Assembly (NCBI GenBank): GCA_030615105.1
Contig: JAUWZV010000002.1
Span: 1-50,796, forward strand
Origin: Desulfobacteraceae bacterium
GTDB taxonomy: Bacteria; Desulfobacterota; DSM-4660; Desulfatiglandales; B25-G16
Reading direction: 5' to 3'
DNA length: 50,796 nucleotides
A program made the translations under genes and the position numbers. This document shows positions 36,101 to 45,601 of this stretch, piece by piece. The notes beneath the pieces were generated by a model, which did not search any database, was not told the origin of the DNA, and saw nothing but the letters and a program-made list of their open reading frames with translations. Numbering within the stretch: position 1 is the first letter of the stretch; every line of letters begins with the position of its first letter.

Positions 36101-36210
36101 GTTGGCGAGGCGTAATAGGTTGCGGCCCAGGTTGCTGAGCACATAACAAAAACGGTGAGGATAGTCAATATTGTGACTTGAAGTTTATTCCTAGATTTGG
36201 TCTTACTCAT
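33136..36210 (-). CDS. Large secreted protein: two right-handed beta-helix (pectate-lyase-like) modules flanking a cadherin/Ig-like insert
   Basis: The ATG at 36210 has an RBS (aggagaaagcaga) and a signal peptide ([28 protein letters not shown]). The N-terminal motif is [16 protein letters not shown]. The central segment [23 protein letters not shown]...[37 protein letters not shown] is cadherin/VCBS-like. The second module begins with [16 protein letters not shown] and has many NN..H/D beta-helix rungs. Confidence 0.8.
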   Translation of the reverse strand: [1024 protein letters not shown]

Positions 36211-36818
36211 TCTGCTTTCTCCTATAATGGAAACTATTGCAGCCTTGTCACACACAGGAGTTTCTTGATGAAATGTGCCGACAAGTAATATCTTCCTACT
36301 CATTTTGCTGGTTTTATTTTCATAATTATTCCACTATTTCAGTGGCATGATCTGTCTCAGTAGATCTGAATTGCTCTTCCTCAATCTTTGCTATATCTGT
36401 ATGAGTCTTTCTTAGGGTCTAAATAGTCAGCATTATTTCATACATTGCCCTAAAATTCCACCCAATCCTGATTAATATCTCTCAATCTTCATCTGTATCA
36501 GGATTGTGGGCGGCGATCCCAGAGCAATTGACTTCATTGTCATTGTGGCTAAATGCAATCGGTGTGCCATTTAAAACCCAAGAACAAGGTTAATCTCCTA
36601 TGAATTAGCCATGCAAGAAAACCCCTTGTGAACTCATAAAATCAGAGTTGCTTGTACGAAAGGCTATATATTTTATAAAGATCAGGGGTAGCGCTGCAGG
36701 AAGTAGTGTGACAAAGGTGTATGAAATAGCATACAAGATGAGGACAGGTGACTGAGAAAAAGCGGTTACTCGAATATTCTATGTATGGCTCATTGTCTAG
36801 CCGATAACGGTTTGAGAT

Positions 36819-37118
36819 TTAACAACTTGTTCGACTGTCCGGTAGCTTTTTCCTAATGGCTACTTGGATGCCTTTGCAGGGAAGTACTTCAGGTAACCTC
36901 ACCTTGGCGGCATTCAGCAACCTCATAAGGAATTCCTGCGGCACTGTAATCCTGCCACAGCAGGGCTGTGCACCATTGACAAACGTATTGCTCATTATTG
37001 TCACATGTTCAGCCCAACCGCCAGACCCACACTTTGTTTTTAATACGAAAGCATACCCGCCCGTTACCTTACTGATATAGTTCACCGACTCAACATAAAC
37101 GGTATCACCTGCGACCAT
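36819..37118 (-). pseudogene. Possible decayed stump of a beta-helix protein N-terminus
   Basis: IQKAASIMVAGDTVYVESVNY resembles the ..A.....PGD.V.V..G.Y opening of the beta-helix modules. There is no signal peptide or upstream frame, and further broken fragments appear downstream (around 36480-36590). Confidence 0.3.
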
Positions 37119-37196
37119 TATACTGGCAGCTTTTTGTATTATTCCCCACGGTAAAGACCTATTTCCTGGGTCGCAATCTGGCGCTTCTGGCCTTTA

Positions 37197-38216
37197 TTAT
37201 TTATGTGTACCTTGGCTTGTTTTGCCTTTCCAGTCAAAGACAATCTGCCCGAGCAACTTGCCATAGTCTGTATACGTTTCCCTGATCCACTCGATGTAAT
37301 TCCTGATACCATCATACAGGCCAAATTCGGGTTTGAATCCCAGTAGTTTGCGTGCCTTGGACATGTCCGCACAATGCCGTAGTATCTCTCCAGGACGGGG
37401 CGCTGCATACTCAGATGTAATTCTGTTCTCTTCACCCAATAGCTCAAGGATTATTTTCGCCAAATTATTTATGGTTATCTCCTCCTCGCCACCTATATTC
37501 ATGGTTTCTCCTATTGCGGCATCGCACTCAGACGCCAGGACAATAGCTCGAACCGTATCGCTGACCTCAAGAAAAGACCTCGTTTGCTCACCGTCGCCGA
37601 ATATCACGGGAGGCAGGCCATTCATAGCCCTGACAACGAACCTGGGAATTACCTCACCATAAAGACCCTCGAAATGCTCCCTCGGCCCATAAGTATTAAA
37701 AAGCCGGAGTACCACGCTGGGCAGGCCATAGGTACGACGATACACTCCAAGGTAGAGCTCTCCTGAAAGCTTGGCGGCTCCATAAGGGGTATTGGACTCC
37801 AACGGGTGGTCTTCTGAAATGGGGATGATTTTCCCATCTCCATATGCTTCAGCCGAAGAGGTGTATACCAGCTTCTGCACTCCGTTCTTGGAGGCGGCCA
37901 TGCATAGGTTCAACGTGCCGGTAGCGTCCACCTCGTGCACCAATTTTGGATCATGAAGTGAGACCCTTACGCATTGAACAGCCAGATGGAAGATAATGTC
38001 GATATTTTTCGTCAGTTCATACATTTTATCCAGGTCACGTATATCGGCCTCAACAAAACGAATGACCCCTTTGGCTACGTGATGCTGTATGTTTTCCATG
38101 CTGCCTGTGGAGAGATTGTCTACCACCAGCACTTCGTTGTTCGGAGCCAGAACATCCACCAGATTGCTGCCGATGAAGCCAGCTCCACCAGTAACTAGGA
38201 TTTTCTTTACGGACAT
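37197..38216 (-). CDS. NAD-dependent sugar epimerase/dehydratase (extended SDR)
   Basis: KILVTGGAGFIGSNL and the YGAAK catalytic motif. The ATG at 38216 has an RBS (agaggtg). The track start at 38222 is a TTG. Confidence 0.85.
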   Translation of the reverse strand: MSVKKILVTGGAGFIGSNLVDVLAPNNEVLVVDNLSTGSMENIQHHVAKGVIRFVEADIRDLDKMYELTKNIDIIFHLAVQCVRVSLHDPKLVHEVDATGTLNLCMAASKNGVQKLVYTSSAEAYGDGKIIPISEDHPLESNTPYGAAKLSGELYLGVYRRTYGLPSVVLRLFNTYGPREHFEGLYGEVIPRFVVRAMNGLPPVIFGDGEQTRSFLEVSDTVRAIVLASECDAAIGETMNIGGEEEITINNLAKIILELLGEENRITSEYAAPRPGEILRHCADMSKARKLLGFKPEFGLYDGIRNYIEWIRETYTDYGKLLGQIVFDWKGKTSQGTHK

Positions 38217-39272
38217 TTTCAAAGCACCTCTTGTTTATTTGGCCTACTTGAATTAGAAGACATCTCAGAATTTATATTACTTATTGAATTCAAATAGCTT
38301 TTAATAATCTTCTATCTGTTCCATTATTCCAATCTGTATATAATTAAATTATATCATATTTAAGTAAAAAATGCAATACTTAATTCTGTGACCTCCTTAG
38401 TAAATCAATAGACTGTTAACACTTACCCTAACATCTTGGCTTAGATTTTCATATTATTTTGTTCTTGGAGCTAATGATAAATGGCTATTCTCGGACAGCC
38501 CCAGCGATACCTGATTTCCTCAGAAATGCTCTGGATAGTTCTTAAAATCCACCAAACAAATATCGGAAGACCTTGGGATGGATGTGCTCACCTTTTTTCA
38601 GCAGTCCGTGTAGTAATTGGGGCCAGGCAATTGTAATAAGGTATTCAATATGGGGGTACCCATCAATGATATCATACCCGGGAAGCCCATTGACGTCATC
38701 ATCCATGCCACGGGCAGTGCTTGGCGCGGATTTGCTGGAACTCCTTGAACCCGAACCAAAACTAAAAAACAAGGCTCAAGTCGAAACATCTGACAACTTC
38801 TTAGGTCGAATAGGGCCATATGTCTGTCCTTGGCCCATATTGAATTGCTTTGCAATTATTAAATACAATTTCTCAGCTTCTAATCCGTAGCAATACTTCT
38901 TGACTTATTGGCTACCCTCGCCTTCTTTTTAAGAAGATCCTCTGCCTATCCATTGTAAGCCCTCCATGCGCTATCCTTTCCTTTATTTTGTCCGCACTGA
39001 TTACCAATTCCTTTGATTGCGATATTTCCTTATGAAACTTCAATGGGGCTTATATCTCCAAATTCGGAACCGAAGACATAATCCTAGCCGCTATTACATC
39101 ATCGGTCTGGATCACTCATCATCTCTGCAGACCTTCCGATATTTGATACCTTGGCATCACTATATATTGTGCTAACTTTCCACTTGACATACAATATCTT
39201 TTGTTTCTATAATCTTTTATCAGAATTGAATTCTATCAAAATATTACAATTAATAAATAGATTGGAGGTATC

Positions 39273-39605
39273 ATGTCTCGCATCATGGTTATCGATGATC
39301 AGGATGGCATTCTGAGCTTCCTTCCAGAGTTGGGCTATGAGGTGAAAGATGCTCAAGATGGGGAAGAGGGAATCGAATTGTTTAACAACGGTTACAACTT
39401 CGATCTGGTAATTACCGAGGTTACTATGCCGGGGATGAGCGGTAATGCAGTAGCCAAATACATTAGAAGCTCAGATAAGCCAGGTACACCGATAGTGGCC
39501 ATTACCAGATCTGGAGATGATATTAATAAGCAATTGTTTGATTTTGTACTGATGAAGCCATTTCCCCTTAAAACTTTAGTAAAGGTAATTAGATTATTTA
39601 TATAA
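39273..39605 (+). CDS. Single-domain response-regulator receiver protein with Glu at the phospho-acceptor position
   Basis: VIDDQD (acidic pair), DLVITEVTMPGMSG (CheY has VISDWNMPNMDG), IVAITRSG (Thr) and VLMKPF (Lys). Confidence 0.75.
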   Translation: MSRIMVIDDQDGILSFLPELGYEVKDAQDGEEGIELFNNGYNFDLVITEVTMPGMSGNAVAKYIRSSDKPGTPIVAITRSGDDINKQLFDFVLMKPFPLKTLVKVIRLFI

Positions 39606-40185
39606 AATTGTAGCTACCCACGGGCTTACGCCCGTGGCACTTAAAATTTGAAATCGAAACTCAGTTGCAATTGACCTTTATCAATTTTCTCTTGAAACTC
39701 CACATATCTTTTGATGACGTCTTCATTAATACCGACTGTGGAGGTAAAAAATCCCGGTGACCAAAATTCATTGCGCCAATATATCTTTTTCACCCATGAG
39801 AAACGTTTTCGTATTTCTCGACTTGTGTTGGCCTTAATCTTACCGACGATGTCGGAAACCGCATATTTGGGAGGAATTATGATGATCAAATGAATATGAT
39901 CCTGTTGAATACTGTATTTTTCAATTTCAACATCAGGGTGATAATCCTGAACATTAAACAATCGTTTTTCAATGAACTTTCTTAATTCACCTTTTAATAT
40001 TTTTTTACGATATTTGGGGATCCAAACAACGTGAAATTGATGATGGTATGCGCCATGTGCACTGAGTCGTATTTGCATAATATAAATATACCATATTTAC
40101 CAAAATCGTGCACATTTACAAAACCTCAAAAGCGCTTTCACCCATGGGCTTACGCCCATGGTCCTCAGCGCAATTTTTGATAGTT
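39606..40185 (-). mobile_element. IS200/IS605-family insertion sequence
   Basis: A Y1/HUH transposase gene is flanked by two near-identical subterminal hairpins in the same orientation: ccacgggc-ttac-gcccgtgg (39618-39637) and ccatgggc-ttac-gcccatgg (40142-40161). The limits are approximate. Confidence 0.8.
39641..40078 (-). CDS. tnpA: IS200/IS605-family transposase TnpA (Y1 HUH)
   Basis: HHQFHVVWIPKYRKKIL, the HUH motif DHIHLII, and RNEFWSPGFFTSTVG with the catalytic Tyr region. Confidence 0.9.
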   Translation of the reverse strand: MQIRLSAHGAYHHQFHVVWIPKYRKKILKGELRKFIEKRLFNVQDYHPDVEIEKYSIQQDHIHLIIIIPPKYAVSDIVGKIKANTSREIRKRFSWVKKIYWRNEFWSPGFFTSTVGINEDVIKRYVEFQEKIDKGQLQLSFDFKF

Positions 40186-40388
40186 CGCGGTAGACTCCAT
40201 CTCGGATGTAGACCTTATCCCCTGGATTAACAACATCTGCTGCCTTTTTAGATGGTTTTAAATGGTGTGGATAAACTCGTGCCATTGTAACTGTCTGAGC
40301 CATTTGGAGAAACATAATAAGTTGTAGCTTGTCTTAAGCCAGGAAAGCCAAATAAAATAATGAGGTATAGAAAACTTTTCTTAATCAT
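40186..40388 (-). pseudogene. N-terminal stump of a secreted beta-helix protein, frameshifted and cut by the IS200/IS605 element
   Basis: The ATG at 40388 opens MIKKSFLYLIILFGFPGLRQATTYYVSPNGSDSYNGTSLSTPFKTI-stop. The next frame continues KKAADVVNPGDKVYIRDGVYRE and then runs into the IS hairpin. The N-terminus parallels that of 33136-36210 (ATYYASP...). Confidence 0.65.
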
Positions 40389-40897
40389 TTTACGCAATCC
40401 CGTCATTTATCAATATCCGGAGATCCAAGGTTGATATGCTCCCTCGACCGATTGGGAATTGGACCCGGTCGTAAAAAGGTCGGAAATTCATCCGAATATA
40501 ACTCTCGGCTCCAACTTGGAGGTGAGATTATACCACACTTAGGCCAGCACGTTCAAACACGATTATAGGACTTCAGCTGCCGCCGTCGGCTATAGAGATC
40601 CGCTTGACTATACTCCGTTCCCGTCCTCATCCTGGGAGATCTGGCCAGCGCTGGAAGAGGGAAGAATTATGATATATATGTATAAAATAAGATACGAAAC
40701 GATGTTAGGTAAACTATGAACACCCTGTATTTATTAATAATATGTTAATAGTCAAATCAAATCAATCACAATTACAAGTATCTGCTACATTGTACGCTTA
40801 CCTATTGACCCACAAGCTTCTTTATCCTATATTACAATAACCCAAACGGAAATTTTTTTACCATTCACACAAGAAACTCACTAAAAGGAGAAACGTC

Positions 40898-41473
40898 ATG
40901 AACAGTCTACATGACCTTGTTTCACGCAACCGGAGCTGTCGACGCTTTGAAGAATCCTACGCTATCCCGCGAGATACCTTGGTAGAGCTGGTGGCACTTG
41001 CCCGATGCACTGCCTCGGCAGCCAACCGTCAGCCCCTCAAGTACATCCTCTCTGCTGACCCCCAAACAAATGCCCGCATTTTCCCTTGCCTAACCTGGGC
41101 TGCCTACCTTAAGGATTGGGATGGCCCTACTCCCGGGCAGCGGCCATCGGCCTACATCGTGATCCTTATAGACGAGACGATCACCAAGGACTGGTGGTGC
41201 GATGATGGCATTGCCGCCCAGACAATTCTTCTGGGAGCTGTAGAGAAGGGTCTTGCAGGATGCATGATGGGGGCAATTCAAAAGGAAAGGCTACGGCGCG
41301 AGCTGGATATCCCTGATCACCTCATGATCAGGCTCGTTCTGGCCTTGGGTAAACCTGCAGAGACAGTGGTTCTTGAAGATCTTGAGCCAGGAGGTGATAT
41401 CCGCTACTGGCGAGACGAAAAAGACATCCACCATGTGCCCAAGCGAAAACTGGAGGAGCTTATCGTCAAATAA
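40898..41473 (+). CDS. Nitroreductase-family protein
   Basis: RSCRRFEE...LVELVALARCTASAANRQPLKYIL is the typical nitroreductase opening. A strong RBS (aaggag) is present. Confidence 0.8.
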   Translation: MNSLHDLVSRNRSCRRFEESYAIPRDTLVELVALARCTASAANRQPLKYILSADPQTNARIFPCLTWAAYLKDWDGPTPGQRPSAYIVILIDETITKDWWCDDGIAAQTILLGAVEKGLAGCMMGAIQKERLRRELDIPDHLMIRLVLALGKPAETVVLEDLEPGGDIRYWRDEKDIHHVPKRKLEELIVK

Positions 41474-41500
41474 TATATCATAGCAAAAAAGTTACCATTC

Positions 41501-41533
41501 ATCTCTTTCCCCTTACATCAAGGGGAAAGAGAT
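41501..41533 (+). terminator. Perfect 14-bp stem hairpin after the nitroreductase gene
   Basis: atctctttcccctt-acatc-aaggggaaagagat. No clear U-tract follows. Confidence 0.45.
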
Positions 41534-41559
41534 ACCTTTAGAATTTTTCAAGTTCTGAG

Positions 41560-41850
41560 ATGAAGATCAAGGTAAAGGGATATTTTACCCTTAGAAAAGC
41601 AATGGACAATAAGGCTGTGTTAGAAATTGAGATGAAAAATGCCTCTCTAGGGGATGTGTTGAAAGATTTGTCCAATAGATTTGGAGAGGGCTTCTCGGAT
41701 TTGATCTTTGACCCGAAAACCAAAGAAGTAAAGAACCATATTTCGATTTTAGTAAATGGCCGCCATTATATATTCCTGCCGAAACGGCTTGCCACTGAAT
41801 TAAAGGAGGGAGATGAGGTAGCGCTTTTCCCTCAGATTGCAGGAGGATAG
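41560..41850 (+). CDS. MoaD/ThiS-family small sulfur-carrier-like protein
   Basis: 96 aa, predicted beta-grasp size, C-terminus ...ALFPQIAGG-stop (diglycine end). Confidence 0.7.
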   Translation: MKIKVKGYFTLRKAMDNKAVLEIEMKNASLGDVLKDLSNRFGEGFSDLIFDPKTKEVKNHISILVNGRHYIFLPKRLATELKEGDEVALFPQIAGG

Positions 41851-41935
41851 TTGTTATCCTAACCTCAGCAGAATTCAAATTTCAGGCTTTCAGGGAGTAG
41901 AAGCCCAAGGTTTGTTAAAGAAAAATGATAGAAAA

Positions 41936-43624
41936 TTAGATCTCCCCTTTTTCTTTCATTCTTTTAATCTCTTCCTCTCTTAAGGCGCGCTTAAATATCT
42001 TCTCAGTCACAGTTAAGGGTAAATCATCTCTAAATTCAATAAATTTGGGAACAGCATATGCGGCCATTTTTTCCCGACAGTAATCAATGATCTCTTGGGC
42101 TTCCACCTTTCCTTTAAAATCATCTCTCAATCTGATAAAAGCCTTTATTCTTTCGCTGCCCGGTCTCTCGGGATCAGGAATACCAATTGTTACCGCTCCC
42201 ACTACAGCTGGATGTTTAAATAAACATTCATCGATTTCTATGGAATAAACCTTCATTCCAGAAATATTGATCATATCTTTGATTCGATCTACCACATAAA
42301 AATAACCATCTTCATCCATCTTACCGAGATCACCGGTTCTCAACCAGCCGTCCTCTTCGAGGCCCGAACCAGCATCCGGCCAGTAACCTTTCATAGTCTG
42401 GGGACCCCTTAGCCAAATCTCACCAACATCACCAAAGGGAACCTCTTTTCCAGTATCGGGATCCACTAGTTTTATATCAGTATCAGGAACGGGTAGTCCA
42501 ATACCAGGCTTGGCTGAAGTTGCAAAGCGTGTGACTTTCGCAAAGGCAGAAATATTGATATGGCTGGCAACGTTTTCAGTAAGACCATAGCCTTCAGAGA
42601 TGGGCATCTTTATTTTTTCCTCAAGTCTTTGAGCAACTTCGGCAGGAAGAGGGGCAGCTGCTGACATAACCATCACGGGCATTCGTTTAATCTCTATTTC
42701 TGGTTGAGCCAACTTTAATAGTTGTGTAGGAACCATAAATAGCAAAAATGGACGATATTCATTCATCAATTGAACAATCATATTAGTATCCCTGGGATCA
42801 GGTACCAAAAAAATTTTTATCCCCCAGTAGATACAAGACTGCATAATATAATGCCCAAAGGCATGAAAAATGGGAACGGACAATAAAGAAGAGGCACTCC
42901 CTCTGTAGGTTGGAAAAGGAGCCATCATCCATGGAAGTCCCTGAAGGATATTAGCTAGCCTTTGATAGTGTGTTATCATGACACCTTTTGGCACACCTGT
43001 TGATCCGCCAGTAAAAGCTAGAATGGCTAGATCATCTGTTGGATCAATTTTTACATCTATAGCTTTAGCCTCATGATCCGCAATCAATTTTCTCAAATGG
43101 TAAGTACCGGGTATTTCTCTTATTTCTTCCGATTCAGCAGGAGAGTAATCTTCATGGGAAGTGACAATAATATTATTAAGCCTTGTTCCGCTTTTCACTG
43201 AGTTAACCAGATCAAGATGCTTATCAAAACAAATGATTGTTTCAGCTCCTGATTCTAGCACCTGGTGTCTTAATTCAGGTGCTTTTAGGATCGGGCTGCA
43301 AGGGACAAGGATAGCTCCTGTTTTAAGAATGGCAAAATCGCTAATGATGAACTGAGGGCAAGTTGGGAGAAAGACGATTATTGTGTCTCCCTTTTTTGTG
43401 CCAAGAGCAATAAGGGCATTTGCCAATTTATCCACCTGGCGTTTTAGTTCTCGATATTTCATTCGTTTTCCAAAATAATAATAAGCATCCTTCCCTGAGA
43501 ATTCTTCTGCTGTTTCGTCTAGAATTGTAAATAGAGGTTTTTTTGGATACTCAATAGTGGTTTTAAGTTTAAAGGGCCCTAGTTTATAACTCTTCAGCCA
43601 GGGTTTATCAGCATAAGACTCCAT
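41936..43624 (-). CDS. AMP-forming acyl-CoA ligase (FadD-like)
   Basis: LAFTGGSTGVPKGV (AMP-binding motif I), EGYGLTE and TGDLGKMDEDGYFYVVDRIKDMI. Confidence 0.85.
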   Translation of the reverse strand: MESYADKPWLKSYKLGPFKLKTTIEYPKKPLFTILDETAEEFSGKDAYYYFGKRMKYRELKRQVDKLANALIALGTKKGDTIIVFLPTCPQFIISDFAILKTGAILVPCSPILKAPELRHQVLESGAETIICFDKHLDLVNSVKSGTRLNNIIVTSHEDYSPAESEEIREIPGTYHLRKLIADHEAKAIDVKIDPTDDLAILAFTGGSTGVPKGVMITHYQRLANILQGLPWMMAPFPTYRGSASSLLSVPIFHAFGHYIMQSCIYWGIKIFLVPDPRDTNMIVQLMNEYRPFLLFMVPTQLLKLAQPEIEIKRMPVMVMSAAAPLPAEVAQRLEEKIKMPISEGYGLTENVASHINISAFAKVTRFATSAKPGIGLPVPDTDIKLVDPDTGKEVPFGDVGEIWLRGPQTMKGYWPDAGSGLEEDGWLRTGDLGKMDEDGYFYVVDRIKDMINISGMKVYSIEIDECLFKHPAVVGAVTIGIPDPERPGSERIKAFIRLRDDFKGKVEAQEIIDYCREKMAAYAVPKFIEFRDDLPLTVTEKIFKRALREEEIKRMKEKGEI

Positions 43625-45496
43625 CTATTTTTCACCTTTATAAATTTGGTTGATAATTTCCTTCAGTCCTAATTCTCTCAATTTCTCTGGGGTTGGCTTG
43701 CCAGTGTTTTTATCCCAACCGCGGAATTCATAGTAAGGATCCAAAAAAATTTCTAATTTATTGACTTGACCTACTGCTGGACCTTCGGGAAGGGGCTCTT
43801 CCAATAATCTCTTTGGTAAGGTATCGTCGGCTCGAGTGAGCCCTTCTCTCACATTGAAGGCTCTTTCCAGATTGTAAATTCTTTCACCGGTTTTTCTAAA
43901 TTCCTCGACCCCAAACTCCCAGCCAGTAAGGGTTGCAATTATATCCGACCATTCCTTGGCATCCAAAGACATTCCCATGAATTTACAAGATCCGGCTGCA
44001 TCAAAAACCGTTAAAGCATCTTCCATATCTTTAACTACCTTCGCTTCCTCGGGATTTTCTTGGAGAGGATCCTTGATTTCACTTTCCTCTATCACTAGAA
44101 AGGGAGTGGCAAGAAAAGTTGGTCCCTGGACATAGGCAGTGATATGGTCACCGCCGCGATTGGCAGTAGCAAAGGCAAGACCAGTAATCTTTGCGCCTCT
44201 TGAATCATATGCTGGCAGTTCAAGGCCCTTAACATTCATAGCAAATCTTTCTGATCCCTGACCCAGTCTTTGAGCAATTCGTCTGGTCCCTTCAGCCAAT
44301 AGATCTCCAACACCTTCCCGTTTGGCAATTTTGTGAACAAGCTTTATCATAGTTTCGGAATTGCCAAAATATATTTCCATCCCTCCGGCACTCTCCTTTG
44401 TTATAATTCCTTTTTCAAAGCATTCCATTATGAAAGCAATCGTACTGCCAGTTGAAATAGTATCCAGACCATAATCATTGCAGAGATAGTGAGCCATTGT
44501 AATTGCTTCAAAGTCGGAGATATCACACATTGCCCCAAAAGTTCCGACGGTTTCATATTCTGGTCCCTCACCTTTTTGTCCAGCATAAGGGCCTTTTCTG
44601 ATTTCTGAATCCCGGCCACATTTAATTGGACAGGCAAAGCAACCCACAGGGCGTACCAGGACCTTTTCACTTAAAGCCTCTCCATTTATCTTCTCAACAA
44701 ACGAGCAGACTCCAGTTTGCCAGTTTCTGGTTGGCAAGCCCCCACAGACATTGACCATATCTAAAACTAAAGTTGTCCCATATGCCTCTAAGCCGGCACT
44801 TAAGATAGATTCACCGAGAAGCTCAAATTGTTTATCAGCTACTTTTTTAAAAGCCCTTTCATCGGCAATTTGGATTTTTCTTGCTCCCCTCACTGCAATA
44901 GCCTTTAATCTCTTAGAGCCCATTACAGCCCCCACGCCGCATCGACCAGCCGCCCGATGAAGGTCATTCATAATTGCTGCGTATTTAACGAGATTTTCTC
45001 CAGCTATACCAATACTGGCAACATTGAATGTCTCACCTAATTTTTGTTTAAGCAGTTTAGTCGTTTCTGAAACATTCTTACCCCAAAAATCAGTTGCATC
45101 TCTGAGTTCAGCCTTTTCATTATCAATTACTAGGTAAACTGGCTTTTCAGATATGCCTTCGAAAATAATGCCATCAAAACCTGAATGTTTAAGGTCAACC
45201 CCCCACCGACCTCCTGAACTGGACTGAGCCCAGATATTGGTTAAAGGAGATTTAGTAACAACACTGTAACGACTGGCACTAGGAGAGGCGGTTCCAGTCA
45301 CGAGACCGGACATAAAGATAAGCTTATTTTCCGGCCCTAAAGGATCTATTCCTGGTCTATTTTCATCAAATAAATATTTACTGGCTAACCCCCGACCACC
45401 TAAAAATTTCTTTGCCATCTCTTCGGGTATCTCTTCTTTGAGGATTTTTCCCTCTGTTAAATTCACTCTTAAAATCTTTCCCATCAACCCAAACAT
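43625..45496 (-). CDS. aor: Aldehyde:ferredoxin oxidoreductase family (tungsten/molybdopterin, 4Fe-4S)
   Basis: MGKILRVNLTEGKI...FLGGRGL N-terminus, Cys cluster VGCFACPIKCG, and GLDTISTG pterin-binding motif. Its stop abuts the ligase start codon. Confidence 0.9.
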   Translation of the reverse strand: MFGLMGKILRVNLTEGKILKEEIPEEMAKKFLGGRGLASKYLFDENRPGIDPLGPENKLIFMSGLVTGTASPSASRYSVVTKSPLTNIWAQSSSGGRWGVDLKHSGFDGIIFEGISEKPVYLVIDNEKAELRDATDFWGKNVSETTKLLKQKLGETFNVASIGIAGENLVKYAAIMNDLHRAAGRCGVGAVMGSKRLKAIAVRGARKIQIADERAFKKVADKQFELLGESILSAGLEAYGTTLVLDMVNVCGGLPTRNWQTGVCSFVEKINGEALSEKVLVRPVGCFACPIKCGRDSEIRKGPYAGQKGEGPEYETVGTFGAMCDISDFEAITMAHYLCNDYGLDTISTGSTIAFIMECFEKGIITKESAGGMEIYFGNSETMIKLVHKIAKREGVGDLLAEGTRRIAQRLGQGSERFAMNVKGLELPAYDSRGAKITGLAFATANRGGDHITAYVQGPTFLATPFLVIEESEIKDPLQENPEEAKVVKDMEDALTVFDAAGSCKFMGMSLDAKEWSDIIATLTGWEFGVEEFRKTGERIYNLERAFNVREGLTRADDTLPKRLLEEPLPEGPAVGQVNKLEIFLDPYYEFRGWDKNTGKPTPEKLRELGLKEIINQIYKGEK

Positions 45497-45601
45497 TTTT
45501 TCACCTCCCTAAATCGCATAGTGCCTAGAATATAGACCGTAGTGTATTGCACCTAAAAAAGTATATCTAAAATCCATCTCCTGTGCACTCCCTCCTTGCG
45601 C

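Noticed and set aside
38223-39272. Overlapping small ORFs on both strands (38542-38772, 38573-38890, 38598-38855) and broken reading frames up to 39270
   Set aside because: None has a recognisable domain, and they are mutually exclusive. Several short frames look like fragments (for example AEKLYLIIAKQFNMGQGQTYGP) that I cannot assign. It is probably decayed sequence, so I make no gene call.
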